In this document: positions 40,670 to 50,494 of the stretch, piece by piece
Numbering within the stretch: position 1 is the first letter of the stretch
Layout of the letters: each line of letters begins with the position of its first letter
Assembly: GCA_041649955.1 (NCBI GenBank)
Contig: JBAZMD010000001.1
Coordinates: forward strand, 68,079 to 132,078
From: Patescibacteria group bacterium
GTDB taxonomy: Bacteria > Patescibacteriota > Patescibacteriia > UBA2591 > JAQUPP01
Length of the DNA stretch: 64,000 nucleotides
Direction of reading: 5' to 3'
Notes under the pieces: model-generated
Told to the model about the DNA's origin: nothing
Databases searched by the model: none
Seen by the model: only the letters and a program-made list of their open reading frames with translations
Position numbers and translations under genes: made by a program

Positions 40670-41506
40670 TTAATTATATTTTTGAAGAATAAAATAAAAA
40701 TATTTTCTTTTTCCATTTTTAAATGAATTGCATAACTCTGAATCTTTAACTCCCGCGAATTGCTTGCCGAGATTTTGCAAAAATTTCGGCAAAAATTGCC
40801 TAACAAGTTTCATCCTTCTTTCATTATCCAAATTCAATGCCCTAAAAACATTTTCCGTTATATCTTCTTTTTTTATTATTTTCAATTTTGATTTATTAAT
40901 GGAGTCAAAAAAAGATTGAATTAATTCCCGGCTTCTGAAATCGGCGAATAAAAAATATCCTTTAGGTTTTAATATTCTTTTCGCTTCCTGTAAAAATTTA
41001 TTAAAATTAGGGTAAGAATGAGAAGATTCTATGTTTATCGCCGCGTCAAAACTTTCATCTTCAAAAGGAATTTTTATGGCGTTTCCGTATTCAAATTTTA
41101 AATTTTTTTCATAATGATGCTCTCTGTCAAATTTTATTTCTGCTTTGGAATTATCTATGCCGACGATCAGTTTGGGCTTGAAATATCTGGCAATGAAAGA
41201 AGTTCCGCCGCCCTTCCCGCATCCTACTTCTAAAACTTTTTTATCTTTTATATTAATAGAACTCACTACCTTATGATACAACTGGGCGCAATATCTGTTT
41301 TCTTCATCAATTTTTTCCAATCTTAATTTTTCCCGGTATTGATATCCGTAATTCAAAAAAATCACCTCTCCTTTTGAATCAATTTTTGAAAGATGATTAT
41401 ACCACTTATTCACCACTAAAGACTGGCCCTTAAGATAAATCTTGTTGACTAAATTAAAAAAATTTAATATCTTTATTAATTTTTTAATCCAATCTTTCTT
41501 CGTCAT
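40670..41506 (-). CDS. class I SAM-dependent methyltransferase
   Basis: 278 aa; motif I VLEVGCGKGGGTSF, LKPKGYFLFAD. Confidence 0.7.
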   Translation of the reverse strand: MTKKDWIKKLIKILNFFNLVNKIYLKGQSLVVNKWYNHLSKIDSKGEVIFLNYGYQYREKLRLEKIDEENRYCAQLYHKVVSSINIKDKKVLEVGCGKGGGTSFIARYFKPKLIVGIDNSKAEIKFDREHHYEKNLKFEYGNAIKIPFEDESFDAAINIESSHSYPNFNKFLQEAKRILKPKGYFLFADFRSRELIQSFFDSINKSKLKIIKKEDITENVFRALNLDNERRMKLVRQFLPKFLQNLGKQFAGVKDSELCNSFKNGKRKYFYFILQKYN

Positions 41507-41513
41507 ATATTTT

Positions 41514-42962
41514 TTATTTTCGCCCTCTTTTAATTATTATAACCTTCCCGTGTGTTGCGTCAACTTCTATCAAATCACCGTCTTTCAAAACCTTAGTGGC
41601 GATTTTGGTGCCGATAATACACGGCTTTCCCATTTCACGGGCAATGATAGCCGCATGACAAGTTAATCCGCCATCATTTGTAATTATTGCTTTAGTTTTT
41701 GAAATTGCCCCCATAAAATCTGGAGTTGTCATAAAAGTAACAAGAATTTCTCCTTTTTTCATTTTAGATATTTCGGCCGCATTTCTGATAATTCTAACTC
41801 TACCCTTAACATAACCGGCCGAGGCTGACACACCTTTAATAATCCGTATTAAAGAATCTTTAACAATTTTATTCTTGGGTATAAAAATTTTTATTTTTCC
41901 TTTATGTAATCTTATAAAATAATTATTGTTTCTTTTTTTAAGCTCGGGGGTGGAAATTAAAAGTTTTCCAATTTTTAAACTGGCAATTAATTCATCTGAA
42001 GTCAAATTAGTTAAATCAGTATAATCAACAGAAAGTCGCTTGCCAACTTCTGAAAAAAAGAATCTCATTAAGTATTCCGAGTTTTCTATGAAAGAAAGCA
42101 TTTCTGTTCTATAAAAAGACAGATTAGCTAAATCTTTAAATAATTTTTTTGTAATTTTATCAATTGCATATTTTTTATATAATGCCTTCTTGTCAGAAGC
42201 TAAATCAATTTTCATTTTGGGATAATTTTTTTTCTTTAGAGCAATTTTTATTTCCTCAATGGTGTCTATAATTGTAGGGTATTTATCAGTAGTAAAAAAG
42301 ACACAACCCATTCTCACATATTTTTGATGAAATTTATTTATTATTTTTTTTAGTCTTTTGGGGGAATTATCAATTATTTCATTCAATTTTCTATTAAACA
42401 ATTTTTGGTATTTCGCTCTTCTGATAAAATTAACGATTTTTTGCAAATCATCCTGCTTTTTTTCGATATAATTTTTTCTAGAGGACTGCATTAATATCCC
42501 AAATTCTTCATCTTCTTGTTTTTTATTAACAACTGATAGCAAATTTTTAGTAAGTGCATCAATGCTAAAATTTCCTGTATACACATAACCTATAAAACGC
42601 GCATAATAATCTGTCCAAGCTGTAAATAATTTTATCAATTTTCTATTTGAATACTTCTCTATTTTATAGGAGCTGACCTTTTTACTGAATTTATATAATT
42701 TCCTTCCATATTTTTTGTATTCAGCAAAAAGTTTTTTTAATTTACCATTTTTAATATTCTTCAATATTTCATGATGCGCAACCTCTATATCTTCTAACCC
42801 AAAATAAGCTTGAGCTTTAATCTGACTATTTATATATTTATAATCTTGGATTATCCTGCTATGCAAGGGTGTTTTAGAAACATAACCCGCTAAGGCGTAT
42901 TTAGTGGCTATATATCTGGGAAGCAGAGGTAGGGCCTTTTGTGTTGTAGCTATCCATTTCAT
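41514..42962 (-). CDS. PEP-utilizing-enzyme mobile (swivel phosphohistidine) domain protein with novel ~380-aa N-terminal region (P1)
   Basis: 482 aa; C-terminus ILVTFMTTPDFMGAISKTKAIITNDGGLTCHAAIIAREMGKPCIIG matches the PpsA/PPDK His domain; no ATP-grasp or TIM barrel. Confidence 0.75.
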   Translation of the reverse strand: MKWIATTQKALPLLPRYIATKYALAGYVSKTPLHSRIIQDYKYINSQIKAQAYFGLEDIEVAHHEILKNIKNGKLKKLFAEYKKYGRKLYKFSKKVSSYKIEKYSNRKLIKLFTAWTDYYARFIGYVYTGNFSIDALTKNLLSVVNKKQEDEEFGILMQSSRKNYIEKKQDDLQKIVNFIRRAKYQKLFNRKLNEIIDNSPKRLKKIINKFHQKYVRMGCVFFTTDKYPTIIDTIEEIKIALKKKNYPKMKIDLASDKKALYKKYAIDKITKKLFKDLANLSFYRTEMLSFIENSEYLMRFFFSEVGKRLSVDYTDLTNLTSDELIASLKIGKLLISTPELKKRNNNYFIRLHKGKIKIFIPKNKIVKDSLIRIIKGVSASAGYVKGRVRIIRNAAEISKMKKGEILVTFMTTPDFMGAISKTKAIITNDGGLTCHAAIIAREMGKPCIIGTKIATKVLKDGDLIEVDATHGKVIIIKRGRK

Positions 42963-42980
42963 AATTTAATTTTAAATTAT

Positions 42981-43925
42981 TTACAAAGTCGTAATCGGCC
43001 TACTTTGTACGATATAGAACTTTTTATTTTCCAAAGCCCACTCAATATCGCAGGGAAATTTATAATGTTTTTCAATTTGAGCGCACAATTTAGCCAATTC
43101 AATAATTTGTTTGTTGTTGAATTTTTGTTTAGCACGCAATTTATTCGGCACTTTTACCCATTCGCTGCCAATGCCTGATTTTTTCTGAACAATCATTTTT
43201 TCTTGCTCTGAAATATTAATATCAATAATTTTCCATGTTTTTTTATTAATCACATAACTGTCAGGCGTAATATGTCCGCCGACAATCGCCTCTCCCAAAC
43301 CCCAACCGGCTTCAATAATCAGCTGGTTTTTATCTTTTGTAACAGGATGAGTGGTAAAACAAATGCCTGAAATTTCCGATTGAATCATTTTCTGAATTAC
43401 CACGGCCACGGAAACTTTTGATTTTCTCATTCCTTGTTCCCGGCGATAAACAATTGCTCTTTGAGTAAAAAGCGAAGACCAGCAATCTTTAACTCGACCT
43501 AATAAATTCTGCCGAGTTGTATTGAGATAACTTTCCAGTTCTCCGGCCCATGAAGCGACTGACGAATCTTCGGCTGTCGCGCTGCTCCGAACCGCCACAT
43601 GTTTTGCTTTTAATTTATCAAAATCAATTAAAATTTCTTGCTGTAAATCTTTAGGCATTTTTGCGTCATGAATTAAATCGCGAATTAATTTTGATGCCTG
43701 ATCAACCGAATTAACATCTTTATAATTCACTTTATTTAAAGCCGATTCAATTTCAACATCTATATCAGTTTCTGTTAAAAATCTTTCAAAGGCATCAGCC
43801 AAAACCACAAATCCCGGCGGCACTTGAATTCCCGCTTGTGTCATTTCTCCCAACGACGCCCCCTTGCCTCCGGCAATTCCAACATCTTTTTTTGATAATT
43901 GTTTAAAATTTTTAGTAAATTTCAT
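42981..43925 (-). CDS. stand-alone PEP synthase/PPDK N-terminal ATP-binding (ATP-grasp, PPDK_N) domain protein
   Basis: 314 aa; AGGKGASLGEM, AVRSSATAEDSSVASWAG, AGWGLGEAIVGG, IEKHYKFPCDIEWA, YIVQSRP all parallel the E. coli PpsA N-terminal domain. Confidence 0.85.
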   Translation of the reverse strand: MKFTKNFKQLSKKDVGIAGGKGASLGEMTQAGIQVPPGFVVLADAFERFLTETDIDVEIESALNKVNYKDVNSVDQASKLIRDLIHDAKMPKDLQQEILIDFDKLKAKHVAVRSSATAEDSSVASWAGELESYLNTTRQNLLGRVKDCWSSLFTQRAIVYRREQGMRKSKVSVAVVIQKMIQSEISGICFTTHPVTKDKNQLIIEAGWGLGEAIVGGHITPDSYVINKKTWKIIDINISEQEKMIVQKKSGIGSEWVKVPNKLRAKQKFNNKQIIELAKLCAQIEKHYKFPCDIEWALENKKFYIVQSRPITTL

Positions 43926-43945
43926 ATATTTTTATTTTAATTTAT

Positions 43946-45397
43946 TTATTTATTTTTTAAAATTTTGACTAATCCATGATTTGCATTAACTTCCACCAAA
44001 TCACCGTCTTTCAAAACCTTAGTGGCAATTTTGGTGCCAACCAAGCACGGAATCCCTAATTCCCTTGAAACAATAGCCGCGTGGCAAGTTAATCCTCCTT
44101 CGTCGGTAATAACCGCCCCTGCTTTTTTTATTGCCACAATAAATTCAGGCGAAGTCATTGGGGCAACCAAAATTTCACCTTGCTTCATTTTATTTAGATT
44201 ACGGGGTGTTAATAATATTCTGACTCTTCCCTGAATTTTACCGCAACCGGCGCTGACAACCATACCATTTATTATCCCAGATTCTCTATTGACTTCCTTT
44301 TTCAAGAAAGGCCTGATTAAATTTATCTGTTTTTTCCCGCTCTTGAGAGTCAAAACATTTTTATAATAATGAATTAAGGCAAATTTTTTTCTATTTGCTA
44401 TTTCTTTAGAAGATACTTTTGCGCCATTTTTTAATAATTTGATAATTTCATTCGGCCAATAAAACATTAAATCGGAAAAATTAATTTTTTTTCTTCTGGA
44501 AATCTCTTTCAAGAATAAATCAACATAATGATTGGCGATAAAAATTTCTTTTTTCCTCGTATCCTGCCACCAGATTGAAGCCGAAAGCCTTTTAACTGTC
44601 TTAATGGTTTTTGCGTTAAGTTTATATTTTCTGAATAATTGATTTTTTTGAAAAATTATTTTTCTCGGCAAATTTTTGATTTCCTTTATTTTTTGATTAA
44701 CTTGCCTGATGCCTGATAATATTTTTTTAAAATACTCCGCTTTCAATTGTTTTTGTTCAAAATAACTGTTTCTAATCCAAAAATATCGTCGGATATGTTT
44801 TTCAATCAATTGATCAAATTTTTTTGTTCCCTGATATTTTTTTATTTCCAATAAATCCAATTCTTCTTTTTGATAAAAAGAAAGATTTTCCGGAGCGGCT
44901 AATTTTTCAAGGGCTGAAATAAATTCTTTTTGGTTGTCAATTTGCTTGGATAATTCTTCTTTTAAAATTTCTTCACCGCCCAAATTGGCAAGTTCCGGAA
45001 CTAATCCCACTCCCCAAAAATTTATATACAAATTGTGCCATTTATTGTAAGTATCGGCGAAGGCCTTATCAGTCAATAAACCGAGAGATTTTTCTGAAAT
45101 TTTCGTCTGGAAATTTTTTAATTTATTCAAGGCTTTTTTATAATCAGCTTGAACTTTTTTAAAATTTAAATCATTCAAAATCCATGTATTAAAATGTTTT
45201 CTTCCGGCTGTCCTGACATTTTTTTCATCGGAAATAAAAGTCATTTTATCTTTTGTAAAATAAAACAAAATCTCGGGCCAGTGATATTTGTAATAACGGG
45301 GCAAGTTCGTGGCAATCCCTATCATAAAATAGGATATATAAATCATTCTCCCGTCAATCGGTCCCCAAATCCAAAGTTTTTTTTGTGAATTAATCAT
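43946..45397 (-). CDS. PEP-utilizing-enzyme mobile domain protein, paralog P2
   Basis: 483 aa; C-terminus ILVAPMTSPEFIVAIKKAGAVITDEGGLTCHAAIVSRELGIPCLVG. Confidence 0.75.
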   Translation of the reverse strand: MINSQKKLWIWGPIDGRMIYISYFMIGIATNLPRYYKYHWPEILFYFTKDKMTFISDEKNVRTAGRKHFNTWILNDLNFKKVQADYKKALNKLKNFQTKISEKSLGLLTDKAFADTYNKWHNLYINFWGVGLVPELANLGGEEILKEELSKQIDNQKEFISALEKLAAPENLSFYQKEELDLLEIKKYQGTKKFDQLIEKHIRRYFWIRNSYFEQKQLKAEYFKKILSGIRQVNQKIKEIKNLPRKIIFQKNQLFRKYKLNAKTIKTVKRLSASIWWQDTRKKEIFIANHYVDLFLKEISRRKKINFSDLMFYWPNEIIKLLKNGAKVSSKEIANRKKFALIHYYKNVLTLKSGKKQINLIRPFLKKEVNRESGIINGMVVSAGCGKIQGRVRILLTPRNLNKMKQGEILVAPMTSPEFIVAIKKAGAVITDEGGLTCHAAIVSRELGIPCLVGTKIATKVLKDGDLVEVNANHGLVKILKNK

Positions 45398-46868
45398 TGT
45401 TTAAATGTTTTAAAATTTTAACAATTCCCCTGTTCGCATCCACCTCCACCAAATCCCCGTTACGTAATGTCCCTGTTAAACCGTGAATTCCTACTATACA
45501 AGGTGTTTTCAACTCTCGCGAAACAATGGCCGCATGAGAAGTGATACCACCCCTTTCGGTTAAAATCGCTTTTGCTTGCTTCATAAGAAAGATATAATCC
45601 GGCGTAGTGTGGGAGGCAACCAATATAGCTCCCTTTTTAAATTTAGAAAAATCTCTTTCTGATTTTATAATTAAAACTTGGCCGATAACGTTTCCAGGAT
45701 AAACGGCTGCCCCGCAAAGAACCTTTTTCTTTTCTTGGCGCAATAAAATTGATCTTATTTTCAGAGCTGACTCACCTTCTAATAATGAGTAATCTTTATC
45801 AATCCCCAAAAAGATAATGGTGGATTTTTGTCTTTTTTTAATAAGATTTAAAAAATTATTTTTATTTTTTAAATTTATCTGCAACTGCTCTTCCCAAGTT
45901 AACCATCTGAATTTTTCGTAATCCAGCGCATAATTTTTTGCCACTCTTTTAAGCCAAGTCTTAATGGGTATTGTTGTTTGTAAATTAAAAGCTTTTCTTT
46001 GGTCTCTTAATTTATACAGAATATCAAGAAAATTAATCAATTTTTTAATATTTTCAGGTTTTGTTTTTAAAATTTTTCTCTTCTTTTTTCTTTGTTTTTC
46101 CGAACATTTTATTTTTTCCCACTCATTTTTAAAATTCTGTGCCAAATCTATACCATGTTCTATAAATAAAATTTCTTTTGGCAAAGCGTGCGACTTAAAA
46201 TTTAAAAATACCCAACCCCATTTTTGAGCGTGAAAAATAATTTTTTTACTTAAAATCTCATATTTTGCCAAATCTCGTACTCCGCTTTTTAGCTTTTTAA
46301 ATTCTTCAGACGGCAAACTTTTAATCAATTCTAATAAATTTTTATGTTCTTCCATTACAAAAGAGTCCTGTAAGGGCGTCATCAGCAACATTAATTCTTT
46401 CTCGTCTTTAATGGTTTCTTTGATTTTTATTTCCAAATATTTTTCAACAGCTTCACAGGTATTCATTAATAAAGCCATCCACTTCTGAATAACTTCTACA
46501 AAATTCGTATATATTTTTTTGTCTATCTTTGCTGATTTTTCTAATCTATCAAGAGCTTGCCAATTTTTTTTCGTCAGATTAATAAATTCTTTTTCTAATT
46601 GAATTGGATTATTCTTATATTTCAAATAAAATACCTGGCCCAATTTTAATAATGATTTTTTATCCAAACAATAATAAAAAGAATCTTTGTCATAAATTTG
46701 AATTAATTTAGCGCAGATTCCAAACATTTTTTTCTGAAGAGTACAGCTTCTCTTAAAACCCAAGTCCGTCCACCAAAAAAAATCAGCGTCATATTTGCCG
46801 ATTTCAAGATCGTCTTTTATCTTTTTTATTTTATTGATAAAGCTAGACACAAGTTTCTTTTCGGACAT
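45390..46868 (-). CDS. PEP-utilizing-enzyme mobile domain protein, paralog P3
   Basis: 492 aa; C-terminus ILVASHTTPDYIFLMKQAKAILTERGGITSHAAIVSRELKTPCIVG. Confidence 0.75.
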   Translation of the reverse strand: MSEKKLVSSFINKIKKIKDDLEIGKYDADFFWWTDLGFKRSCTLQKKMFGICAKLIQIYDKDSFYYCLDKKSLLKLGQVFYLKYKNNPIQLEKEFINLTKKNWQALDRLEKSAKIDKKIYTNFVEVIQKWMALLMNTCEAVEKYLEIKIKETIKDEKELMLLMTPLQDSFVMEEHKNLLELIKSLPSEEFKKLKSGVRDLAKYEILSKKIIFHAQKWGWVFLNFKSHALPKEILFIEHGIDLAQNFKNEWEKIKCSEKQRKKKRKILKTKPENIKKLINFLDILYKLRDQRKAFNLQTTIPIKTWLKRVAKNYALDYEKFRWLTWEEQLQINLKNKNNFLNLIKKRQKSTIIFLGIDKDYSLLEGESALKIRSILLRQEKKKVLCGAAVYPGNVIGQVLIIKSERDFSKFKKGAILVASHTTPDYIFLMKQAKAILTERGGITSHAAIVSRELKTPCIVGIHGLTGTLRNGDLVEVDANRGIVKILKHLNND

Positions 46869-46872
46869 ATTT

Positions 46873-47787
46873 TTATGGTTGTAAAATATCTTCTGTTCGG
46901 CCGTTAATGGAAATAGTCACATTTTGAACGGTCGGAAATTGTTTTAATGTTTCAATAATTTGGGCTCTGATGGCTGATACTTTACAAGAACCGCCGACTT
47001 GAAATTCCAATTGCTTGTCAAAATCAACTTTTGCCGTTCCATTGTTAATGGTCAATTTTTGAATTTTTACGCCCGAATTGATACTGGAAAAAAATCCTTG
47101 CGCTTTTTCCGCTTCAGTCGCTCCTTTTAATAATTCTTCCAAAGCAGCCCGGCCGATTGCTTCTGTTTTAATTATTTTTCTTTCAACCGGAAAAACTTTA
47201 TTGCAGGAAATTTCCGGATCTAATTTATTATTATTGAAATAAACTTTTATTGTCGTCATTTCAGTTGGATTGATAACAACCGGCACTCGCAATTCATCGG
47301 CATTTTGCGGCAAACCCGAAGGATTATCTTTTTCTAAAATTAAAATACCTTTAGTTTCGATTGGTGCGTTAAATTGCAAGGTGGCCGTGAAAGGCACAAA
47401 ATTTTCCGTCATCCAATCGCTTTTGGCCTGAGCAATTCCTTTGGCAATTTCTGCACCCGAAGAATCCAAAAGTTTAATTGGAAAACTTGCTTCAAAAAAC
47501 CAATTTCCTCTCGCCTCGCCTTCAATTTCCAAAGGACTGGAAATAATTTCATCCGGCTGAGGTTTTGTCACTTTTATATCAGCGGTTTTATTTTCTGTCT
47601 GTTGATTATTTTTTACAGCACTATTGCACGATTGAGTCGGCATTGACGCGCTGGGATTTCCATGTTTTATCCATTGGCCGTTTGAACAAATCCAATTATC
47701 TTCCGGTCCGCCGATTAAAAATCTTAGAACTAAAACAATAATTACTAAAATCAACGGGCTTAATATTATTAATCTTTTTTTTATCAT
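46873..47787 (-). CDS. GerMN/Gmad2 domain lipoprotein-like protein
   Basis: 304 aa; N-terminal TM, Gmad2 Ig-like segment, C-terminal GerMN-like segment. Confidence 0.55.
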   Translation of the reverse strand: MIKKRLIILSPLILVIIVLVLRFLIGGPEDNWICSNGQWIKHGNPSASMPTQSCNSAVKNNQQTENKTADIKVTKPQPDEIISSPLEIEGEARGNWFFEASFPIKLLDSSGAEIAKGIAQAKSDWMTENFVPFTATLQFNAPIETKGILILEKDNPSGLPQNADELRVPVVINPTEMTTIKVYFNNNKLDPEISCNKVFPVERKIIKTEAIGRAALEELLKGATEAEKAQGFFSSINSGVKIQKLTINNGTAKVDFDKQLEFQVGGSCKVSAIRAQIIETLKQFPTVQNVTISINGRTEDILQP

Positions 47788-47813
47788 ACTTATCAGCTTA
47801 TCTACTTATTAAC

Positions 47814-48086
47814 TTATCTACTTACCCAAAAAATGTCAGCTTCTTTTTCCATTTTATCCAATCTGGTGTAATAATCCGGAAATTCGTTTAAGTGCGCCAA
47901 AGCAATTTTACCGGTGGTTGTCAAATCATCATTGGTCACATTGGTGTGATCGTCACGTAAGCCGTGTTCTAGTTCCACATCCATTCCCATTCTAAATTGC
48001 TCAACATCAAATTTAGTCCAATCAATACCCAATGACTCGCCTATTTGCTTGGCTTCTTCAATTGTAAAACTTTTTCTTAATTCCAT
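47814..48086 (-). CDS. hypothetical protein
   Basis: 90-aa ORF. Confidence 0.4.
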   Translation of the reverse strand: MELRKSFTIEEAKQIGESLGIDWTKFDVEQFRMGMDVELEHGLRDDHTNVTNDDLTTTGKIALAHLNEFPDYYTRLDKMEKEADIFWVSR

Positions 48087-48127
48087 GTTTTTATCTTACA
48101 CTAAAAATCAACGACAGTCAATTTTTT

Positions 48128-48183
48128 AAAAATACAAAGAGCGAGTCATCCCCAAAGGGGGCCCCTTGGGCTTGACTCGCTCT
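48128..48183 (-). terminator. nested GC-rich hairpin terminator (agagcgagtca...tgactcgctct around ccccaaagggggccccttgggc)
   Basis: 11-bp outer stem + inner palindrome, T-run on minus strand after RRM gene stop. Confidence 0.55.
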
Positions 48184-48210
48184 TTGCTAAACGAATTTAC
48201 GTTCTGTGGA

Positions 48211-48561
48211 CTAATTGTCCCGTCCGTATCCGCCTCTGCTTCCACCGCCGTATCCACCGCGGCTTCCGCCACCACCACCAAATCCTCTTCCACCACCGGT
48301 TCTTGGTCTTTCTTCTCTTGGTCTAGCTTCGCTGACCTTAAGATTGCGGCCGTCGATTGGTTGGTTGTTGAACATTTCAATGGCTTTTGCGGCTTCGTCT
48401 TCTGTGGACATTTCCACAAAACCGAATCCTTTGCTTCTACCGGAATATTTATCGGTAATAATACTCGCTGAGACAACTGTTCCGGCCTGGCCGAAAGTTT
48501 CTTTCAATTGATCGTCAGTGAGATTATATGATAAATTTCCGATGTAAAGTTTCTTTTCCAT
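48211..48561 (-). CDS. glycine-rich RNA-binding protein (RRM domain)
   Basis: 116 aa; RNP2 LYIGNL, RNP1 KGFGFVEM, C-terminal RGG/GGYGGG tail. Confidence 0.85.
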   Translation of the reverse strand: MEKKLYIGNLSYNLTDDQLKETFGQAGTVVSASIITDKYSGRSKGFGFVEMSTEDEAAKAIEMFNNQPIDGRNLKVSEARPREERPRTGGGRGFGGGGGSRGGYGGGSRGGYGRDN

Positions 48562-48817
48562 ATAACTCTAACATTTTATGCGCGGGTAAGTTTTAACACT
48601 TATAAGCGCAACTCTTTTAAATTAATTTTCCCTGAACTCGACCGCGCATCATATTTAGATGCGTAATATTAAATTATATTAACTACAGGGCTACTTTTCC
48701 AATATATACCTTTTTAGATAATTGTCAAAAAAAGTTATTAACAGCTTTTACATCATTTATTTGTACACTTATTTTTCACGGCCGTGTAAAATAAGTGTAT
48801 ATTCCAAAAAATTCGAG

Positions 48818-48850
48818 AGAGTAGGTTTCGTCTACTCTCTAAATACAGAG
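48818..48850 (-). terminator. rho-independent terminator gagagtagacGAAAcctactctctc + T-run (minus)
   Basis: hairpin right after stop of 48875-49225. Confidence 0.55.
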
Positions 48851-48874
48851 ATTTGATTTTAAAATTTAGTTTTT

Positions 48875-49225
48875 TTATTTATCTCTTTGTAAAAATATTT
48901 TTTCTAAATCAGCCACTGTTTTCTCTAAAAGGTCAAAATAATGATTCTTTTTTTTATTGTTAATTTCTTTTTCGCAAAAGGTGTCATATTTCCATAAAAG
49001 AAGATGAATTAGCTCGTGTAAAATAATAGTATTATCTTTACCTGTTTTTTCTTTGGTGATTAAAATAATTGCTGATTTATTTTTTAAATTAATCTTAATA
49101 TCACCTGATTGTACAAAATCAGTTCTTTTAAAGTCAACTAATTTAACTTTTAATTTCCACTGGCTTAATTCAAAAACTCTTTGCCAGTATTTTAAATATT
49201 GATTTATTTTTTCTAATCTATCCAT
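48875..49225 (-). CDS. small hypothetical protein with HELIH motif
   Basis: 116-aa ORF; IILHELIHLL. Confidence 0.4.
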   Translation of the reverse strand: MDRLEKINQYLKYWQRVFELSQWKLKVKLVDFKRTDFVQSGDIKINLKNKSAIILITKEKTGKDNTIILHELIHLLLWKYDTFCEKEINNKKKNHYFDLLEKTVADLEKIFLQRDK

Positions 49226-49249
49226 ATTTTCAAAAACTAAATAAAGGAT

Positions 49250-50491
49250 TTACTCATAACGCAAAGCTTCAATCGGATTTTTCAAAGATGCTCGGCGAGC
49301 CGGATAAATTCCAAAAACTAAACCGACAAAAGCCGACACTCCCAAACCAAGTAAGGCGCCGGAAACAGGAAAAGCAAAAGTCCAATTCAAAGCCATTATT
49401 TTTGACAAAATCAATGAAATCAAAAACGAAAAACCCGCTCCCAAAAGAATGCCGATGATTCCGCCGATAATGGTCAGCATCATAGATTCTATTAAAAACT
49501 GGCTTAAAATATCCTGATTGGTCGCGCCCAAAGCTTTGCGCAAACCGATTTCGTGAGTTCTTTCCGTTACCGAAACCAACATTATATTCATAATTCCGAC
49601 CCCGCCGACAATCAGAGAAATAGCGGCCATGGCTGTCAAAAAAAGAGTCAAGGTATTCATTACTGTTCCAACCATTTCCATTACTTGAGCTTGGGTTTCA
49701 AGAAAAAAATCGTCTTTGTCCGGATCGGTAATATTGTGATTATTGCGCAAAGTTATTTTAATATCTTCTATCGTCCGATCAACATTTTTTTCTTCATCAA
49801 CTTCCACGACAAGACGATTATAATATTTAATGCCGAAAATATATTGCTGAGCGGTTGAATAAGGAACGATTAAAGCGTCGTCAAAACTGATAAAAGAAAA
49901 TTGTCCTTTTTTCGGAAGAACGCCGATAATGCGCAAATTCTGATTTTTAACTTTTATTTTTTGGCCCAAAACTTGTTCGTCAGTTTCAAATAATTTTTCT
50001 TTTATTTTTGAACCGATAATCACTACGGCTGATTTGGAAGCGATTTCTTCGTCAGTAAAAAGGCGCCCTTCTTCCGGATAAATATCATAAATTTGAGCGA
50101 AAAAATTATTAACGCCGAAAATCGTAGTTTGATGAATTTTATTTTCCCGAGTGGCCGATTCCGAACCGAAAACTATGGGCATAATTTTGGCCAGATGCGG
50201 CACGTTTGATTTTTTTTGCAAATCTTCCACATCTTTATTTTTTAACGAGTCGGTAAAAGTGTTAAGCGAATCAGTCATACCGCTGGGCTGGCGGCCCGGA
50301 GCAATGGCAATCGTTTTGGAACCCATGCTTTGAATCTGCCCTAAAATTAAATTTTGCGCCCCTCTCCCCAAAGACATGACCAAAATAATAGCCGTAATGC
50401 CGATGACAATACCTAAAATAGTCAAGAATGATCTTGATTTATTTGTTTTCAATCCGGTTAAAGATGTTTTGATGCTGTATTTTATGTTCAT
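49250..50491 (-). CDS. ABC transporter permease, MacB/FtsX-like
   Basis: 413 aa; N-terminal TM, large periplasmic MacB_PCD-like domain, C-terminal FtsX 3-TM bundle. Confidence 0.8.
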   Translation of the reverse strand: MNIKYSIKTSLTGLKTNKSRSFLTILGIVIGITAIILVMSLGRGAQNLILGQIQSMGSKTIAIAPGRQPSGMTDSLNTFTDSLKNKDVEDLQKKSNVPHLAKIMPIVFGSESATRENKIHQTTIFGVNNFFAQIYDIYPEEGRLFTDEEIASKSAVVIIGSKIKEKLFETDEQVLGQKIKVKNQNLRIIGVLPKKGQFSFISFDDALIVPYSTAQQYIFGIKYYNRLVVEVDEEKNVDRTIEDIKITLRNNHNITDPDKDDFFLETQAQVMEMVGTVMNTLTLFLTAMAAISLIVGGVGIMNIMLVSVTERTHEIGLRKALGATNQDILSQFLIESMMLTIIGGIIGILLGAGFSFLISLILSKIMALNWTFAFPVSGALLGLGVSAFVGLVFGIYPARRASLKNPIEALRYE

Positions 50492-50494
50492 GAT

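Noticed and set aside
48126-48511. Three overlapping ORFs (48126-48476 minus, 48166-48471 plus, 48215-48511 plus) rich in Pro/Ala/Ser/Thr
   Set aside because: They are alternative-frame/antisense readings of the GGY/RGG-encoding repeat at the 3' end of the RRM gene and of its GC-rich terminator; only the RRM frame gives a recognisable protein.
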